A stretch of DNA of 64,000 nt from an uncultured bacterium (GCA_963756425.1 CAVWNW010000018.1:23281-87280); one strand, 5' to 3'; counted from the first letter of the stretch, positions 1-10,082 are shown. Program-made: numbers and translations. The notes: generated by a model not told the origin, from the letters alone.

Positions 1-861
1 CGGAAGCTGGAGAACGAGTTCGAGCAACGCCTGGGCGACGCGGGGGTCACGGCGCCCGATGAGTCAGCCCAGGGACCAGCACCGACCCCGACGCCGAGCA
101 CGACCGGCCCGCCCCCGCCGCCCGCCGCCGAGGGCGATGCGGTGGCGCACCTCAACATCCCGGACATCGGCGTCGACAAGATCGTCATCCAGGGCGTGGC
201 GCTGGGCGATCTCAAGCGCGGGCCTGGCCACTATCCCGAGACGCCCCTGCCCGGGCAGCCTGGCAACGCCGCCATTGCCGGCCACCGAACCACATACGGC
301 GCACCGTTCAACCGGATCAACGAGCTCGACCGCGGCGACGAGATCCTCGTCACCACGGTCCAGGGCGCGTTCCGCTACGAGGTGAGCGACCAGCTCATCG
401 TGAGCCCCAGCGAGGTGGGCGTCCTCGACGACTTCGGCGACAACCGCCTCACCCTCACGGCCTGCCATCCGAAGTACTCCGCGCGGCAACGCATCATCGT
501 GGTGGCCGCGCTCGTGGGCGAGCCGGCGGCGGCATCCGGGACACCTGCGGGTCCGGCGACGGGTGCGATCCCCGGCGACGACGAGACCAGCGGGGGTGGC
601 GACAGCGGCGCCGGCGGCGACAGCAGCAACAACGACGAGCTGAGCGCCGGCACGATCGACGGCGGGCTGTCGGGCGAGCGGGCCGCGATCTGGCCGGCAA
701 TCGCGCTCGGGGTGGCCTGCGCCCTCGTCTGGGTCGCCGCCTGGCTGCTGGGCAAGCTCTGGACCAAGTGGCCGGCGTACCTGCTGTGCACACCACTGTT
801 CCTGCTCATGCTCTTCTTCTTCTTCGAGAACTTCTCGCGCGTGCTGCCGGCGAACTTCTGA
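1..861 (+). CDS. Class E-like sortase (transpeptidase), 5' end cut by window edge
   Basis: Frame 1 is open from base 1 (RKLENEFEQRLG...) and runs into listed ORF 142..861. It has a sortase core with HRTTYGAPF and the catalytic TLTACHP (TLxTC) motif, plus a C-terminal hydrophobic anchor. Confidence 0.85.
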   Translation, partial: RKLENEFEQRLGDAGVTAPDESAQGPAPTPTPSTTGPPPPPAAEGDAVAHLNIPDIGVDKIVIQGVALGDLKRGPGHYPETPLPGQPGNAAIAGHRTTYGAPFNRINELDRGDEILVTTVQGAFRYEVSDQLIVSPSEVGVLDDFGDNRLTLTACHPKYSARQRIIVVAALVGEPAAASGTPAGPATGAIPGDDETSGGGDSGAGGDSSNNDELSAGTIDGGLSGERAAIWPAIALGVACALVWVAAWLLGKLWTKWPAYLLCTPLFLLMLFFFFENFSRVLPANF

Positions 862-946
862 TGGGTCCGGCCGTGCCCTACGATCGCGGCCCCGGCGGGA
901 CCGTGCCCGCCGCGGCGGGGACTTCCCACACAAGGACGGCAGCTCC

Positions 947-1744
947 ATGAACTCACCCGCTCCCGGGTGGCACCCAGACCCCACGTCGCGCCACCAGTAC
1001 CGCTACTGGGACGGCGACCGCTGGACCGACGACGTCGCCGACGGCGGCGTGGCATCCACCGACGCCCTCCACGAGGGTCCCGCGGCCGCTGCCGACCCGA
1101 ACCCGACGGCGTCGGACGCCACGCAACGCGTCGATCCCACCCGCCAGTACCCGGTGACCGGCGAGCAGGCCCCGACATCGCCGCCTTACTACGGCGGCGA
1201 CCACGGCCCCGGCCAGCACGGCGACCACTACGGAACCGGCGATGCGCCGCCGGCGCCAGCGAGGAAGCGCCCTCCGACCGCCCTCATCGCCGCGCTCGCA
1301 GTGCTGGCGGTGGCGCTGGTCGGCGGGCTCGTGTACTTCCTCGTCCGGGACGACGACGACGGCTCGAGCGACAACGCCGCCACGGTCAGTGGCGAAGACA
1401 CGACGACCACCGAGGGCGAGAGTCAGGACGGCAGCGACACTGGGAGCGGCGGCGGTGGCGACGGCGAGACCACCCTGCCCGACGACGTCGACGGCGAGAA
1501 CGTCGACGAGTTGGTCGGGCTGATGGCCGAAGAGATGGCGGAGAGCTCGAACGGTGCCCTGACCCGCGAGGAGGCGACGTGCATCTCCCAGGGCATGCTC
1601 GACGAGCTGGGCCTGGAGCGGCTGGTCGACATCGGCGAATCCGCCGAGAACCCCTTCACCGATCCCGAGCTGACCTCACGACTGTTCAGCATCATGGAGG
1701 ACTGCGGCGTCACCCTCGAGGACTTGGCAGCTCTGCCGGATTGA
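947..1744 (+). CDS. DUF2510-domain membrane protein
   Basis: N-terminal GWHPDP...YRYWDGDRWT signature, a Pro-rich linker, one TM helix (ALIAALAVLAVALVGGLVYFLV) and an acidic C-terminal domain. ATG start. Confidence 0.8.
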   Translation: MNSPAPGWHPDPTSRHQYRYWDGDRWTDDVADGGVASTDALHEGPAAAADPNPTASDATQRVDPTRQYPVTGEQAPTSPPYYGGDHGPGQHGDHYGTGDAPPAPARKRPPTALIAALAVLAVALVGGLVYFLVRDDDDGSSDNAATVSGEDTTTTEGESQDGSDTGSGGGGDGETTLPDDVDGENVDELVGLMAEEMAESSNGALTREEATCISQGMLDELGLERLVDIGESAENPFTDPELTSRLFSIMEDCGVTLEDLAALPD

Positions 1745-1809
1745 GCCCTGCGGTCGGCCGCACCGGTGGCAGGAGCGAGGATGAACGGGCGCGGATCGAC
1801 GGGCGCGCC

Positions 1810-2079
1810 GTGACCGACCCGTCCAGCGACCCGGTGATCGTCCGCCGGCGGCGACTGGCCCGCTTGGCGGACCGCGGCCAGCGAGCGGGATACGCACTTT
1901 TCGGCGTCGCGATCGTCCTCTTCGTCGTCGGCTTCGCGGTCGGCTTCTCGTCGGGCATGGTCACCGCCGTGGTGGCGGCGCTGGTCGCCGGCTCGTTGGC
2001 CCTCGCGCCGGCGATCGTCATCGGATACGCGGTGCGGGCAGCGGACCGCGACGACCGCGATCGCGGCCTGCCCCACTAG
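1810..2079 (+). CDS. Small two-TM membrane protein (hypothetical)
   Basis: This is the C-terminal part of off-frame ORF 967..2079. From GTG 1810 the codons have high GC3 and encode two hydrophobic helices. No family recognised. Confidence 0.55.
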   Translation: MTDPSSDPVIVRRRRLARLADRGQRAGYALFGVAIVLFVVGFAVGFSSGMVTAVVAALVAGSLALAPAIVIGYAVRAADRDDRDRGLPH

Positions 2080-2129
2080 TGGGAGCGAGGGTTCACTAGG
2101 CGCACGCCCCGCGCTGGGGACGGGCGGCT

Positions 2130-2145
2130 GTTACCGTTAGGTAAC
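2130..2145. promoter_or_regulatory. Palindromic operator candidate GTTACC-GTTA-GGTAAC upstream of tetR
   Basis: Perfect 6-4-6 inverted repeat directly 5' of the GGAGGAAGG Shine-Dalgarno sequence and the GTG at 2170. The same half-sites recur at 10083-10098. Confidence 0.6.
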
Positions 2146-2169
2146 CCGGGAGGAAGGATTTCCGTCGTC

Positions 2170-2754
2170 GTGGCCACCCGCCTCTCCGCCGCTCACAGGC
2201 GCCGCCAGCTCGTCGAGGTCGCACTCCGGGTCTTCGCGGAACGGGGCTATCACGACGCCTCGATGAACGACATCGCCGAGGCGGCGGGGGTCACCAAGCC
2301 GGTCCTCTATCAGCACTTCACATCGAAGCGCGAGCTGTTCAGCGAGCTGCTCACCGACGTGGGCACCGAGCTCCAGGAGACGATCACCAAGGCGGTGGCG
2401 GCCGCCCAGAGCCCGCACGAGATGGTCGAGCTCGGCTTCGCTGCCTACTTTCGGTACGTCGACCAGCACCGCGACGCGTTCCAACTCTTCTATGGCGGCG
2501 GCCTGGGGCGCGACGCCGGCTTCTCCGAGGTGGTCAACCAGGTCGAGACCGCCCTGGCCAACCTGGTCGCCGACCTGATCGAGATCGAGGGGCTCACCCC
2601 CGGGCAGCGGCGCGTGCTGGGCCACGGCATCGTAGGCATGATCGAGGGCGCGAGCACCTACTGGCTGCGGAGCAACAGCGACGCGGACCCCGCGGCCCTT
2701 GCGCATCAGCTCGCCGAGCTGGCCTGGCGGGGCCTGCGCGGCGTGCGCCCCTGA
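2170..2754 (+). CDS. TetR/AcrR-family transcriptional regulator
   Basis: N-terminal HTH region RRRQLVEVALRVFAERGYHDASMNDIAEAAGVTKPVLYQHFTSKRELF is typical of TetR_N. Confidence 0.9.
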   Translation: MATRLSAAHRRRQLVEVALRVFAERGYHDASMNDIAEAAGVTKPVLYQHFTSKRELFSELLTDVGTELQETITKAVAAAQSPHEMVELGFAAYFRYVDQHRDAFQLFYGGGLGRDAGFSEVVNQVETALANLVADLIEIEGLTPGQRRVLGHGIVGMIEGASTYWLRSNSDADPAALAHQLAELAWRGLRGVRP

Positions 2755-3124
2755 CCCGCCGCGCACCCCGACTGCCTCCACTGCCGACGGCCGCCGGCCC
2801 GACGCGACAACGCCGCCCGCAGGGGGGGTGCGAGCGGCGCCATCGCGGCTGCGGAGAGAAGCGAGGGAGGGGGGATCTCGCCCCTCGATCCGCAGATGTT
2901 TTCGAGGATGCAGTGTACGGCCCCCGCGGCGCGCGCAAACGTCACCCCCGAGTGGCACTCGTCACGTCCGGCGGCGGCGGATGTGACCCATGACCACGTG
3001 CGAGCTGAGCGGCCTCCGAACAAGATGTCGCCCGGGCACCCCCAACCCGCGATGAGTTCTGCGCGGCTAAGGCGTCTAGCCGACCGAGAACCAGACCGAT
3101 CGATCCCTGCCAGGAGGCAAACGC

Positions 3125-5452
3125 GTGTTCTCCCGACTCGGCACCTGGTGCCATGACCGCCGGAAGCTCGTTCTTGGCCTCTGGGTGGGCGTGCTCGTCT
3201 TTGGATTCGCGGTCTCGGGAGCCGTGGGCAACGCCTTCCGCGATGAGTTCAACCTCCCCGACGTCGAGTCGAAGACCGGCTTCGACATCCTCGACGACAA
3301 CTTCGGCGGCCAGGGCACGGGCGTCATCGGGACCATCGTGTTTCACGCCGACCAGGGCGTCGAGGACCCCGAAGTCGAGGCCGCGATGCAGGCCCTGTTC
3401 GACGAGGCGGCGCAGCTCAACGACGTCACGGGCGTGGAGAGCCCCTATAGCGGTGAGGGCGCCCAGCAGATCGCGTCCGAGGGGCCGGAGGCGGGCCGGA
3501 TCGCCTACGCCAACGTGGAGATGCCCGACGACATCGAGTTCGCCCGGGCCGGAGAGATACGGGACGCGATCCTCGACGACGCGCCCCAGATCGACGGCCT
3601 CCGCATCGAGATGGGTGGGTTCATCTTCGGCGAGTTCGAGGAGCCGCAGTCCGAGGCCCTCGGGCTGGCGTTCGCCATCGTCATCCTGATCGTCGCCTTC
3701 GGCTCGGTCCTCGCCATGGGTCTGCCCGTCGGCGTCGCCCTGTTCGGCATCGGCCTCGGGACGGCGATCATCACCCTGCTGAGCCAGGTGCTCACGATCC
3801 CCGACTTCGCCACGTTCCTCGGCATCATGATCGGCCTCGGCGTCGGGATCGACTACGCGCTGCTCATCGTCACCCGCTACCGCGAGCAGCTCCACGCCGG
3901 CCACACCGTCCGGGAGTCGGTGGCGGTCGCCCTCGACACCGCCGGCCGCTCGGTCCTGTTCGCCGGAATCACGGTCGTGATCTCCCTGCTCGGCATGCTG
4001 CTGATGGGCGTCACGTTCATCCAGGGCCTCGCCGTCGGGGCGGCCGCCGTGGTGGCGGTCACCGTGGCGGCGTCGCTGACCCTGCTCCCGGCGCTGATCG
4101 GCTTCGCCGGCAACCGGATCGAGCTGACGCGCTGGCGGGGCCTGATCGCCGCCGGTCTGGTCGCGGTCTTCCTGGCTGGTGTCGGGCTCGACCTTCCGGT
4201 GCTGACGGTCTGCCTGCCCCTGGCGGCGATCGTCTTGATCGTCGGCCTCTTCTTCGCCCCGCTCAAGCGGGAGGTGGTCCACCGGCCGCCGAAGCCGCGC
4301 CACGAGACGATCGCCTACCGCTGGAGCCGCGTCATCCAGCGTCGGCCGTGGACCTCGGCCCTGGTGGGTGTGGTGGTGCTGGGCGTCCTGGCGATCCCGG
4401 TGTTCAGCCTCCGGCTGGGATTCTCCGACGAGTCCAACTTCGCCGACGACACCAGCACCAAGCAGGCCTACGACCTGCTGGTCGAGGGGTTCGGGCCCGG
4501 CTTCAACGGTCCGCTGATCCTGGCGGCCGAGCTGCCCGAGGGCACAAACCCCGGCGAGCTGGCGGCCATCACCGAAGCGGCGGCAGCCGATCCCGGGGTG
4601 GTGTTCGTCTCGGAGCCGCGCCCCAACGACCCCGACAACCCCACGGCCGTGATGTGGGAGCTCGTGCCGACCAGCGGGCCCCAGGACGAGGCGACGACCG
4701 ACCTGGTCAGGCGCCTCCGCGACGATGTTCTGCCACCCGCCGAGGACGCCGCCGGCGTCGACGTGGCCGTCACGGGCAACGTCGCCGTGAACGTCGACTT
4801 CTCGCACTACCTGTCATCGCGGCTGCCCTACTTCTTCACCGCGGTGCTCGCACTGTCGTTCCTGTTGCTGATGGTGGTGTTCCGCTCGCTGCTGGTGCCG
4901 CTGAAGGCGGTCATCATGAACCTGCTGTCCATCGGCGCCGCCTACGGGATCGTGGTTGCCCTGTTCCAGTGGGGCTGGTTGAGCGACCTGACCAACGTCG
5001 AACCGGCGCCGATCGAGCCGTGGGTGCCGATGATGCTGTTCGCCATCGTCTTCGGCTTGTCGATGGACTACGAGGTGTTCCTGCTGTCCCGGGTTCGCGA
5101 GGAGTGGCACCGCACCGGCGACAGCCGCACCTCGGTCGCCGACGGCCTGGCCGCGACCGCCAAGGTCATCACCGCGGCGGCGGCGATCATGGTGTTCGTA
5201 TTCGGCACGTTCATCCTCGAGAACGAGCGCACGGTGAAGCTCATGGGCACCGGCCTGGCGGCGGCGATCCTGCTCGACGCCACCATCGTCCGCCTCTTGC
5301 TGGTGCCGGCAACTATGGAGCTGCTCGGCGACCGCAACTGGTGGCTGCCCCGCTGGCTCGACCGGATCCTGCCCGACATCGACGTGGAGGGCCACGCCGA
5401 ACCGGTGGTCGAGGAGCCCGAGCCCGAGCGCACCCCGGCGGGTGTCGGATGA
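3125..5452 (+). CDS. MMPL-family (RND superfamily) membrane transporter
   Basis: 775 aa with two blocks of about 6 TM helices separated by soluble domains, and an MMPL-like N-terminus (RRKLVLGLWVGVLVFGFAVSG...FRDEF.LPD.ES). GTG start. Confidence 0.9.
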   Translation: MFSRLGTWCHDRRKLVLGLWVGVLVFGFAVSGAVGNAFRDEFNLPDVESKTGFDILDDNFGGQGTGVIGTIVFHADQGVEDPEVEAAMQALFDEAAQLNDVTGVESPYSGEGAQQIASEGPEAGRIAYANVEMPDDIEFARAGEIRDAILDDAPQIDGLRIEMGGFIFGEFEEPQSEALGLAFAIVILIVAFGSVLAMGLPVGVALFGIGLGTAIITLLSQVLTIPDFATFLGIMIGLGVGIDYALLIVTRYREQLHAGHTVRESVAVALDTAGRSVLFAGITVVISLLGMLLMGVTFIQGLAVGAAAVVAVTVAASLTLLPALIGFAGNRIELTRWRGLIAAGLVAVFLAGVGLDLPVLTVCLPLAAIVLIVGLFFAPLKREVVHRPPKPRHETIAYRWSRVIQRRPWTSALVGVVVLGVLAIPVFSLRLGFSDESNFADDTSTKQAYDLLVEGFGPGFNGPLILAAELPEGTNPGELAAITEAAAADPGVVFVSEPRPNDPDNPTAVMWELVPTSGPQDEATTDLVRRLRDDVLPPAEDAAGVDVAVTGNVAVNVDFSHYLSSRLPYFFTAVLALSFLLLMVVFRSLLVPLKAVIMNLLSIGAAYGIVVALFQWGWLSDLTNVEPAPIEPWVPMMLFAIVFGLSMDYEVFLLSRVREEWHRTGDSRTSVADGLAATAKVITAAAAIMVFVFGTFILENERTVKLMGTGLAAAILLDATIVRLLLVPATMELLGDRNWWLPRWLDRILPDIDVEGHAEPVVEEPEPERTPAGVG

Positions 5453-5502
5453 TCGGCAACCGCACCGGGCTCAACGCCGGGGGGATGCGCTAGAACGCGG
5501 GT

Positions 5503-5796
5503 ATGGCGTACTTCGTGGTCCTCCGTCGGACCGGCCCGCAGTGGGATCCGTCCCGGCCGATGGAGGAGCAATCGGACTGGCCGGCGCATGCGGCCTTCAT
5601 GGATGGGCTCGTGGCGAGTGGCTTCGTCGTGCTGGGCGGGCCGCTCGCCGACGAGCGGAGGGTGGTGTTGGCGATCGACGCCGAGTCGGAGGACACGGTG
5701 CGCGCCACGCTCGGCCGCGATCCCTGGAGCGGGACGCACCTGGAGCTCGACGCGGTCGAGCCCTGGACCATCCGGCTCGACGGGCGCCATCGCTAG
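5503..5796 (+). CDS. YCII-related domain protein
   Basis: 97 aa. MAYFVVLRRTGPQWD...H.AFMDGL...G.VVLGGPL pattern typical of the YciI-like fold. Confidence 0.7.
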   Translation: MAYFVVLRRTGPQWDPSRPMEEQSDWPAHAAFMDGLVASGFVVLGGPLADERRVVLAIDAESEDTVRATLGRDPWSGTHLELDAVEPWTIRLDGRHR

Positions 5797-5857
5797 CGAC
5801 AGCAGCGCCGCGGCCGCGTGCCGATGAGTTCGGCGGCACCGCGCCGTCTGAGTCCGC

Positions 5858-7055
5858 ATGAGCGGATTCGAACCTGGGCAGCTCGAGCGGCTGCGACGGC
5901 TCATGGCCGACCACGTCGAACGCGACACCGTCGGGGGCGTCGCCTGGATCGCGTCCCGCGACGACGACGTCGAGGTGGGGGTCGCGGGCACGCTGACCCG
6001 CGGCGAGGTCGACCCCGTCCGCCGGGACTCCATCTTCCGGATCTCGTCGATGACCAAGCCGATCGTCGCCGCCGGTGCGCTGGTGCTCGTCGAGGAATGC
6101 CGCCTCCGGCTCGAGGACCCCGTCGACGCGCTGCTGCCTGAGCTGGCCGGCAGGCGAGTGCTCGTCGACCCCCGGGGGCCGATCGACGGGGACACCGTCC
6201 CGGCCGATCGGCCGATCACGGTCGAGGATGTGCTCACCTTCCGGCTCGGGCTCGGCATGGACTTCTCGGCGCCGTGGCCGCAGCCACTGCTGGAGGCGAT
6301 GAGCGAGCTGGGCCTGGGCGCCGGCCCCCCGGAACCCCAGGTGCCGCCCGAGCCCGACGAGTGGATGCGCCGGCTCTCCACGTTGCCCTTGCTCTACCAG
6401 CCCGGGGAGCGGTGGCTGTACGACACCGGCGCGGACGTGCTCGGGGTGCTGATCGCCCGGGCATCCGATCAGGCACTCGACGTGTTCCTGCAGGAGCGGG
6501 TGTTCGAACCGCTGGGGATGGTCGACACGGGCTTCGCGACCCGCCACGTCGATCGCCTCGGCACCTCATACACGACCGACCCGGAGACCCACGAGCCGCG
6601 TCGTGTACGACGCCCCTCAGGGCCAGTGGGCCAAGCCGCCGGCCTTCCCCTCCGGCGCGGGCGGCCTGGTGTCGACCGTCGATGACTACCACGCCTTCGC
6701 CCGCTTGTTGCTGTCCGGCGGCCGCCTGCCCGACGCGTCGCGCCTGCTGTCCGGGGCATCGGTGGAGGCAATGGTCTCCGACCACCTCCACGTCGACCGG
6801 GGCGGGCGGTCACCGTCCCCGGATGGGTCGCAAGGCTGGGGGTACGGGGTCGGCGTCCAGCTCCGGCGTTCGGGTCTGACCCGCCCTGCCGGCAGCTACG
6901 GATGGGGTGGCGGCATGGGCAGCTCGTGGGCCAACGACCCCGACCGGCGCCTGGCCGGTGTCCTGCTCACGACCGACGCGTTCGCGGGCCCCTTCCCACC
7001 ACCGGCCGTCATCCAGGACTTCTGGACCTGCATCTACACCGCGCTCGCCGACTGA
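5858..7055 (+). pseudogene. Serine hydrolase / beta-lactamase-family gene split by a frameshift near 6595-6603
   Basis: ORF 5858..6685 carries the N-terminal half with the SxxK motif (SSMTKPIV). ORF 6603..7055, in a different frame, carries the C-terminal half (PAFPSGAGGLVSTVDDYHAF...YGWGGGMGSSW). The two frames join sensibly around ...DPETHEPR/VVYDAPQGQW. Confidence 0.8.
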
Positions 7056-7116
7056 AGCACGCGGCCGGGCGGTAAGTGGCTTGAGGCAGCCTCGCCCGGC
7101 CGGGCACGCTGCCGGG

Positions 7117-7957
7117 GTGGGCGACCTGGCGAACGACACGGAGGTGCGGCCGAGCGGCGAGGGCAGCTACGAGGCCACGCTCAGCGCCGACTGGGAGATC
7201 TGGGGACCGATGGGCGGGTACGTGGCCGCCTGTGCCCTGCGGGCGGCGGGGGCGTCGACGGATATGGCCCGGCCGGCCGCGTTCTCGTGCCACTACCTCG
7301 GCGTCGCCGACTTCGGACAGCGTCGACCTGCGGGTCGAGGCCCGCAGGAATGGCCGGACGGCTGCCTCGCAGCGGGTCGAGGTCACCCAGGGCGGCCGCC
7401 CGATCCTCGACGCCATGGTGTGGAGCGTCGGAGACGTCGCAGGGCTGGAACACGACGAGACGTCGGCTCCGGCCGTCCCCGATCCTGATGACCTCCCCGA
7501 GATCGGCGAGCTGCTGCCCGAGGACGCTGCGCCACCGTTCCCGTTCTGGAACAACCTCGAGGCCAAGCCCCTCGCGTTCGAGGCCCAGTGGCCACCGGAC
7601 GGCCCCCGGCCCGCGCGGTGGCAGGAGTGGCTGCGCTTCACGCCGACGGCGACCTTCGACGACCCCTGGGTCGACGCCGCCCGCTGCGTGATCCTGGTCG
7701 ACCTGCCGAGCTGGCCGTCGGCCCACCGCCCGCACGCGTGGAAGCAGCCCCCGTTCATGGCGCCGACCCTCGACCTCAACGTGGCCTTCCACCGGCCCAC
7801 CTCGGGGCGGGACTGGCTGCTGTGCGACGGCGCAGCGCCGCTGTCGACGGGCGGCCTCTTCGGCTGGAACGCCCGGGTCTGGTCCACGGGCGGCCAGCTC
7901 CACGCATCTGGCGGCGGGCAATGCCTGTACCGGCGCCTGCCGGCGTCAGGGGGCTGA
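7117..7957 (+). pseudogene. Acyl-CoA thioesterase (TesB-like, double hot-dog) gene split by a frameshift near 7310-7325
   Basis: The N-terminal part is in frame 1 from GTG 7117 (WEIWGPMGGYVAACALRAAG...FSCHYLGVADFG). The remainder is in frame 2 (SVDLRVEARRNGRTAASQRVEVTQGGRPILDAMVW...), listed as ORF 7232..7957. Confidence 0.75.
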
Positions 7958-7992
7958 CGGCGGGGTCGGGAGGCGTCTCGTAGTGTGAGGCG

Positions 7993-8256
7993 GTGCGCCA
8001 TGCACGCGCGCAAGCGCTCGACGAGTTGGAGCCGTTCCTGGAGCGGCTGCGGGCCGTTCCCGGCCTCGTCGAGAAGAACCGGGGTGTCTTCTACGTGCGG
8101 TCGACGGCGTTCCTCCACTTCCACGAGGACCCGTCCGGGCTGCACGCCGACGTGAGGCTCGGGTCCGAGTTCAGCCGCTTTCACGTGGAGACCGAGGAGG
8201 AACGCGACGAGCTCCTCACGCGCATCCAGGAGGTCCGGGCGCAGGCACGTCCGTGA
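7993..8256 (+). CDS. Hypothetical protein (87 aa)
   Basis: Clean ORF with GTG start, high GC3 and a non-repetitive sequence (GVFYVRSTAFLHFHEDPSGLHADV). No family recognised. Confidence 0.5.
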   Translation: MRHARAQALDELEPFLERLRAVPGLVEKNRGVFYVRSTAFLHFHEDPSGLHADVRLGSEFSRFHVETEEERDELLTRIQEVRAQARP

Positions 8257-8363
8257 CGACCACCGGGTCGACGTTCCTGGCGCAGGAATGGTTGCTGACC
8301 AACCAATCCCGCTTCAGGAACGGTGGATCTGCGGCCTTGCGCTCGTGAAATGCGCCGCCTGGC

Positions 8364-8792
8364 TCACGTACGAAGGCATTCAGGGAGCTCGGCCAGGGCT
8401 TCGTCGATCGATAGCAGCCGGCCGGCTCGTAGGTCGTCGTCGGGCACCCAGTCGGGGAAGGACTGTTCCTGCACCCGGTGGGCGCCGGTGCTCGTGTGCT
8501 CCTCGCGGATGGCGGCGAGGCGATCGGGCGGGAACCGGTCCGCAACCCTGACCAGCGCGGGCCAGACCCGGCGGTGCACCAGCGTCACCCGTCCGTTCAC
8601 GAGACGGGTCCTGACCACGTCGGGGGATCCTGTGAGGCGGTTGATCGCGTCGAAAATCGCGTGACTCTGGGGGTGCGACCACCAGCTCCCTCGGATCGAC
8701 TCACCGGCGACCATCTCGGCGACGTTCGGCAGCGGCCCACGCGCCGACTCGAGCAGCATGCCCTGCTCGGCGAGGGTTGCCAGGAGATCCAC
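8364..8792 (-). CDS. Conserved hypothetical protein (142 aa)
   Basis: ORF with globular composition (IRGSWWSHPQSHAIFDAINRL...RLVNGRVTLVHRRVWPALVRVA). I recall similar small proteins in actinomycetes but cannot name a family. Confidence 0.6.
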   Translation of the reverse strand: MDLLATLAEQGMLLESARGPLPNVAEMVAGESIRGSWWSHPQSHAIFDAINRLTGSPDVVRTRLVNGRVTLVHRRVWPALVRVADRFPPDRLAAIREEHTSTGAHRVQEQSFPDWVPDDDLRAGRLLSIDEALAELPECLRT

Positions 8793-8830
8793 GGCCGCGA
8801 TCCTGCGTGCCGGCTAGCTGCAGCTGCCGG

Positions 8831-10048
8831 CTACTCGATGCGCAGGCCGCTGATCGCCCGGGCGATGACGAGCTGCTGGATCTGCTCGGTGCCCTCGAAG
8901 ATGTCGTAGATCTTGGCGTCGCGGTGCATGCGCTCGACGGGGTACTCGCGCGTGTAGCCGTAGCCGCCGAGGATCTGGATGGCGCGCTCGGTGACCCACA
9001 CCGCCGTGCGTCCGGCCTTGAGCTTCGACATCGAGCCCTCGGCGTTCTTGTAGCCGCCGTTGCGGGCCAGCCACGCGGCCCGGTGGACGAGCAGCCGGGC
9101 GGCGTCGATCTCAGTCGCCATGTCGGCGAGCATGAACGCGATCGCCTGGTTCTCGATGATCGGCTTGCCGAACGCCTTGCGCTCCTTGGCGTAGTCGAGC
9201 GCGTACTCGTAGGCGGCCCGGGCGATGCCGACGGCCATGGCGCCGACGGCGGGCCGGGTGGCCTCGAAGGTGGCCATGGCCGGCTGCTTGGCGCCGGTCC
9301 TCTGTTGCTCGCGGGCCCGCGCCAGCTTCTCGTCCAGCTTCTCCTTGCCGCCGAGCAACAGCCGGCCGGGCAGGCGCACGTCCTCGAGGACGACCTCGGC
9401 CGTGTGCGATGCCTTGATCCCGTGCTTGAGGTACTTCTGGCCCTGCGACAGCCCCTTGGTCCCCGGCGGGACGACGAAGCTGGCCTGGCCCCGGCCCTTG
9501 AGCTTGGGATCGACCGTGGCCACGACGACGTGGACGTCGGCGATGCCCCCGTTGGTGATCCACGCCTTGGTGCCGTTGAGCACCCACTCGTCCGTCGCCT
9601 CGTCATACGTCGCCCGCGTCTTGAGCGAGCTGACGTCGGACCCCGCATCGGCCTCCGACACGCAGAAGGCGCCGAGCTGGATCTTGTCGGCGGTGCCGAA
9701 GCACTGCGGCACCCACTCCATCACCTGGTCGGGCAGGCCAGTGCCGGCGATGCCGGCGGCGGCGAGGCCCGAACCGAAGATGGACAGGCCGATGCCGGCG
9801 TCGCCCCAGAACAGTTCCTCCAGCGCCACCGGGAGGGTCAGGCCCGACGTGTCGCCGAGCGACGCCTGGGCGAAGAAGTCGAAGGAGTAGAGCCCGATCT
9901 TGGCCGCCTCCTCGACGATCGGCCAGGGGAACTCCTCGCGCTCGTCCCACTCGTGTGCCGCGGGGCGAACGACCTCCTCGGCGAAGTCGTGGACCCATTT
10001 CTGGATCTGTTGTTGATCTTCGCTCAGGTTCAACGAGAACTCAGCCAT
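8831..10048 (-). CDS. Acyl-CoA dehydrogenase
   Basis: 405 aa. The full-length ACAD pattern is present, from the N-terminal alpha domain through the middle beta domain to a C-terminal ...QILGGYGYTREYPVERMHRDAKIYDIFEGT. Confidence 0.92.
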   Translation of the reverse strand: MAEFSLNLSEDQQQIQKWVHDFAEEVVRPAAHEWDEREEFPWPIVEEAAKIGLYSFDFFAQASLGDTSGLTLPVALEELFWGDAGIGLSIFGSGLAAAGIAGTGLPDQVMEWVPQCFGTADKIQLGAFCVSEADAGSDVSSLKTRATYDEATDEWVLNGTKAWITNGGIADVHVVVATVDPKLKGRGQASFVVPPGTKGLSQGQKYLKHGIKASHTAEVVLEDVRLPGRLLLGGKEKLDEKLARAREQQRTGAKQPAMATFEATRPAVGAMAVGIARAAYEYALDYAKERKAFGKPIIENQAIAFMLADMATEIDAARLLVHRAAWLARNGGYKNAEGSMSKLKAGRTAVWVTERAIQILGGYGYTREYPVERMHRDAKIYDIFEGTEQIQQLVIARAISGLRIE

Positions 10049-10082
10049 CCCACTTGCCCTTGGTCATGCGGCGATCCGATGA

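Noticed and set aside
2942-4807. 621-aa minus-strand ORF opposite the MMPL gene. The same applies to other long ORFs at 20183-22114(-), 25404-27626(-), 31227-33659(+), 11429-13867(+), 38271-side 39087-40352(+), 45348-47060(-) and 62288-63952(-).
   Set aside because: All are antisense or off-frame shadows of well-supported genes. They are Arg/Gly/Pro/Asp/His-rich low-complexity sequences with no recognisable motifs, which is typical of stop-codon-poor GC-rich DNA.
5860-5880. tRNA T-arm-like sequence GGATTCGAACC (reverse complement of GGTTCGAATCC)
   Set aside because: The flanking bases cannot form the 5-bp T-stem (CCAGG versus CCGCT), and no acceptor or anticodon arms are present. The sequence simply encodes MSGFEPGQ at the start of the serine hydrolase gene.
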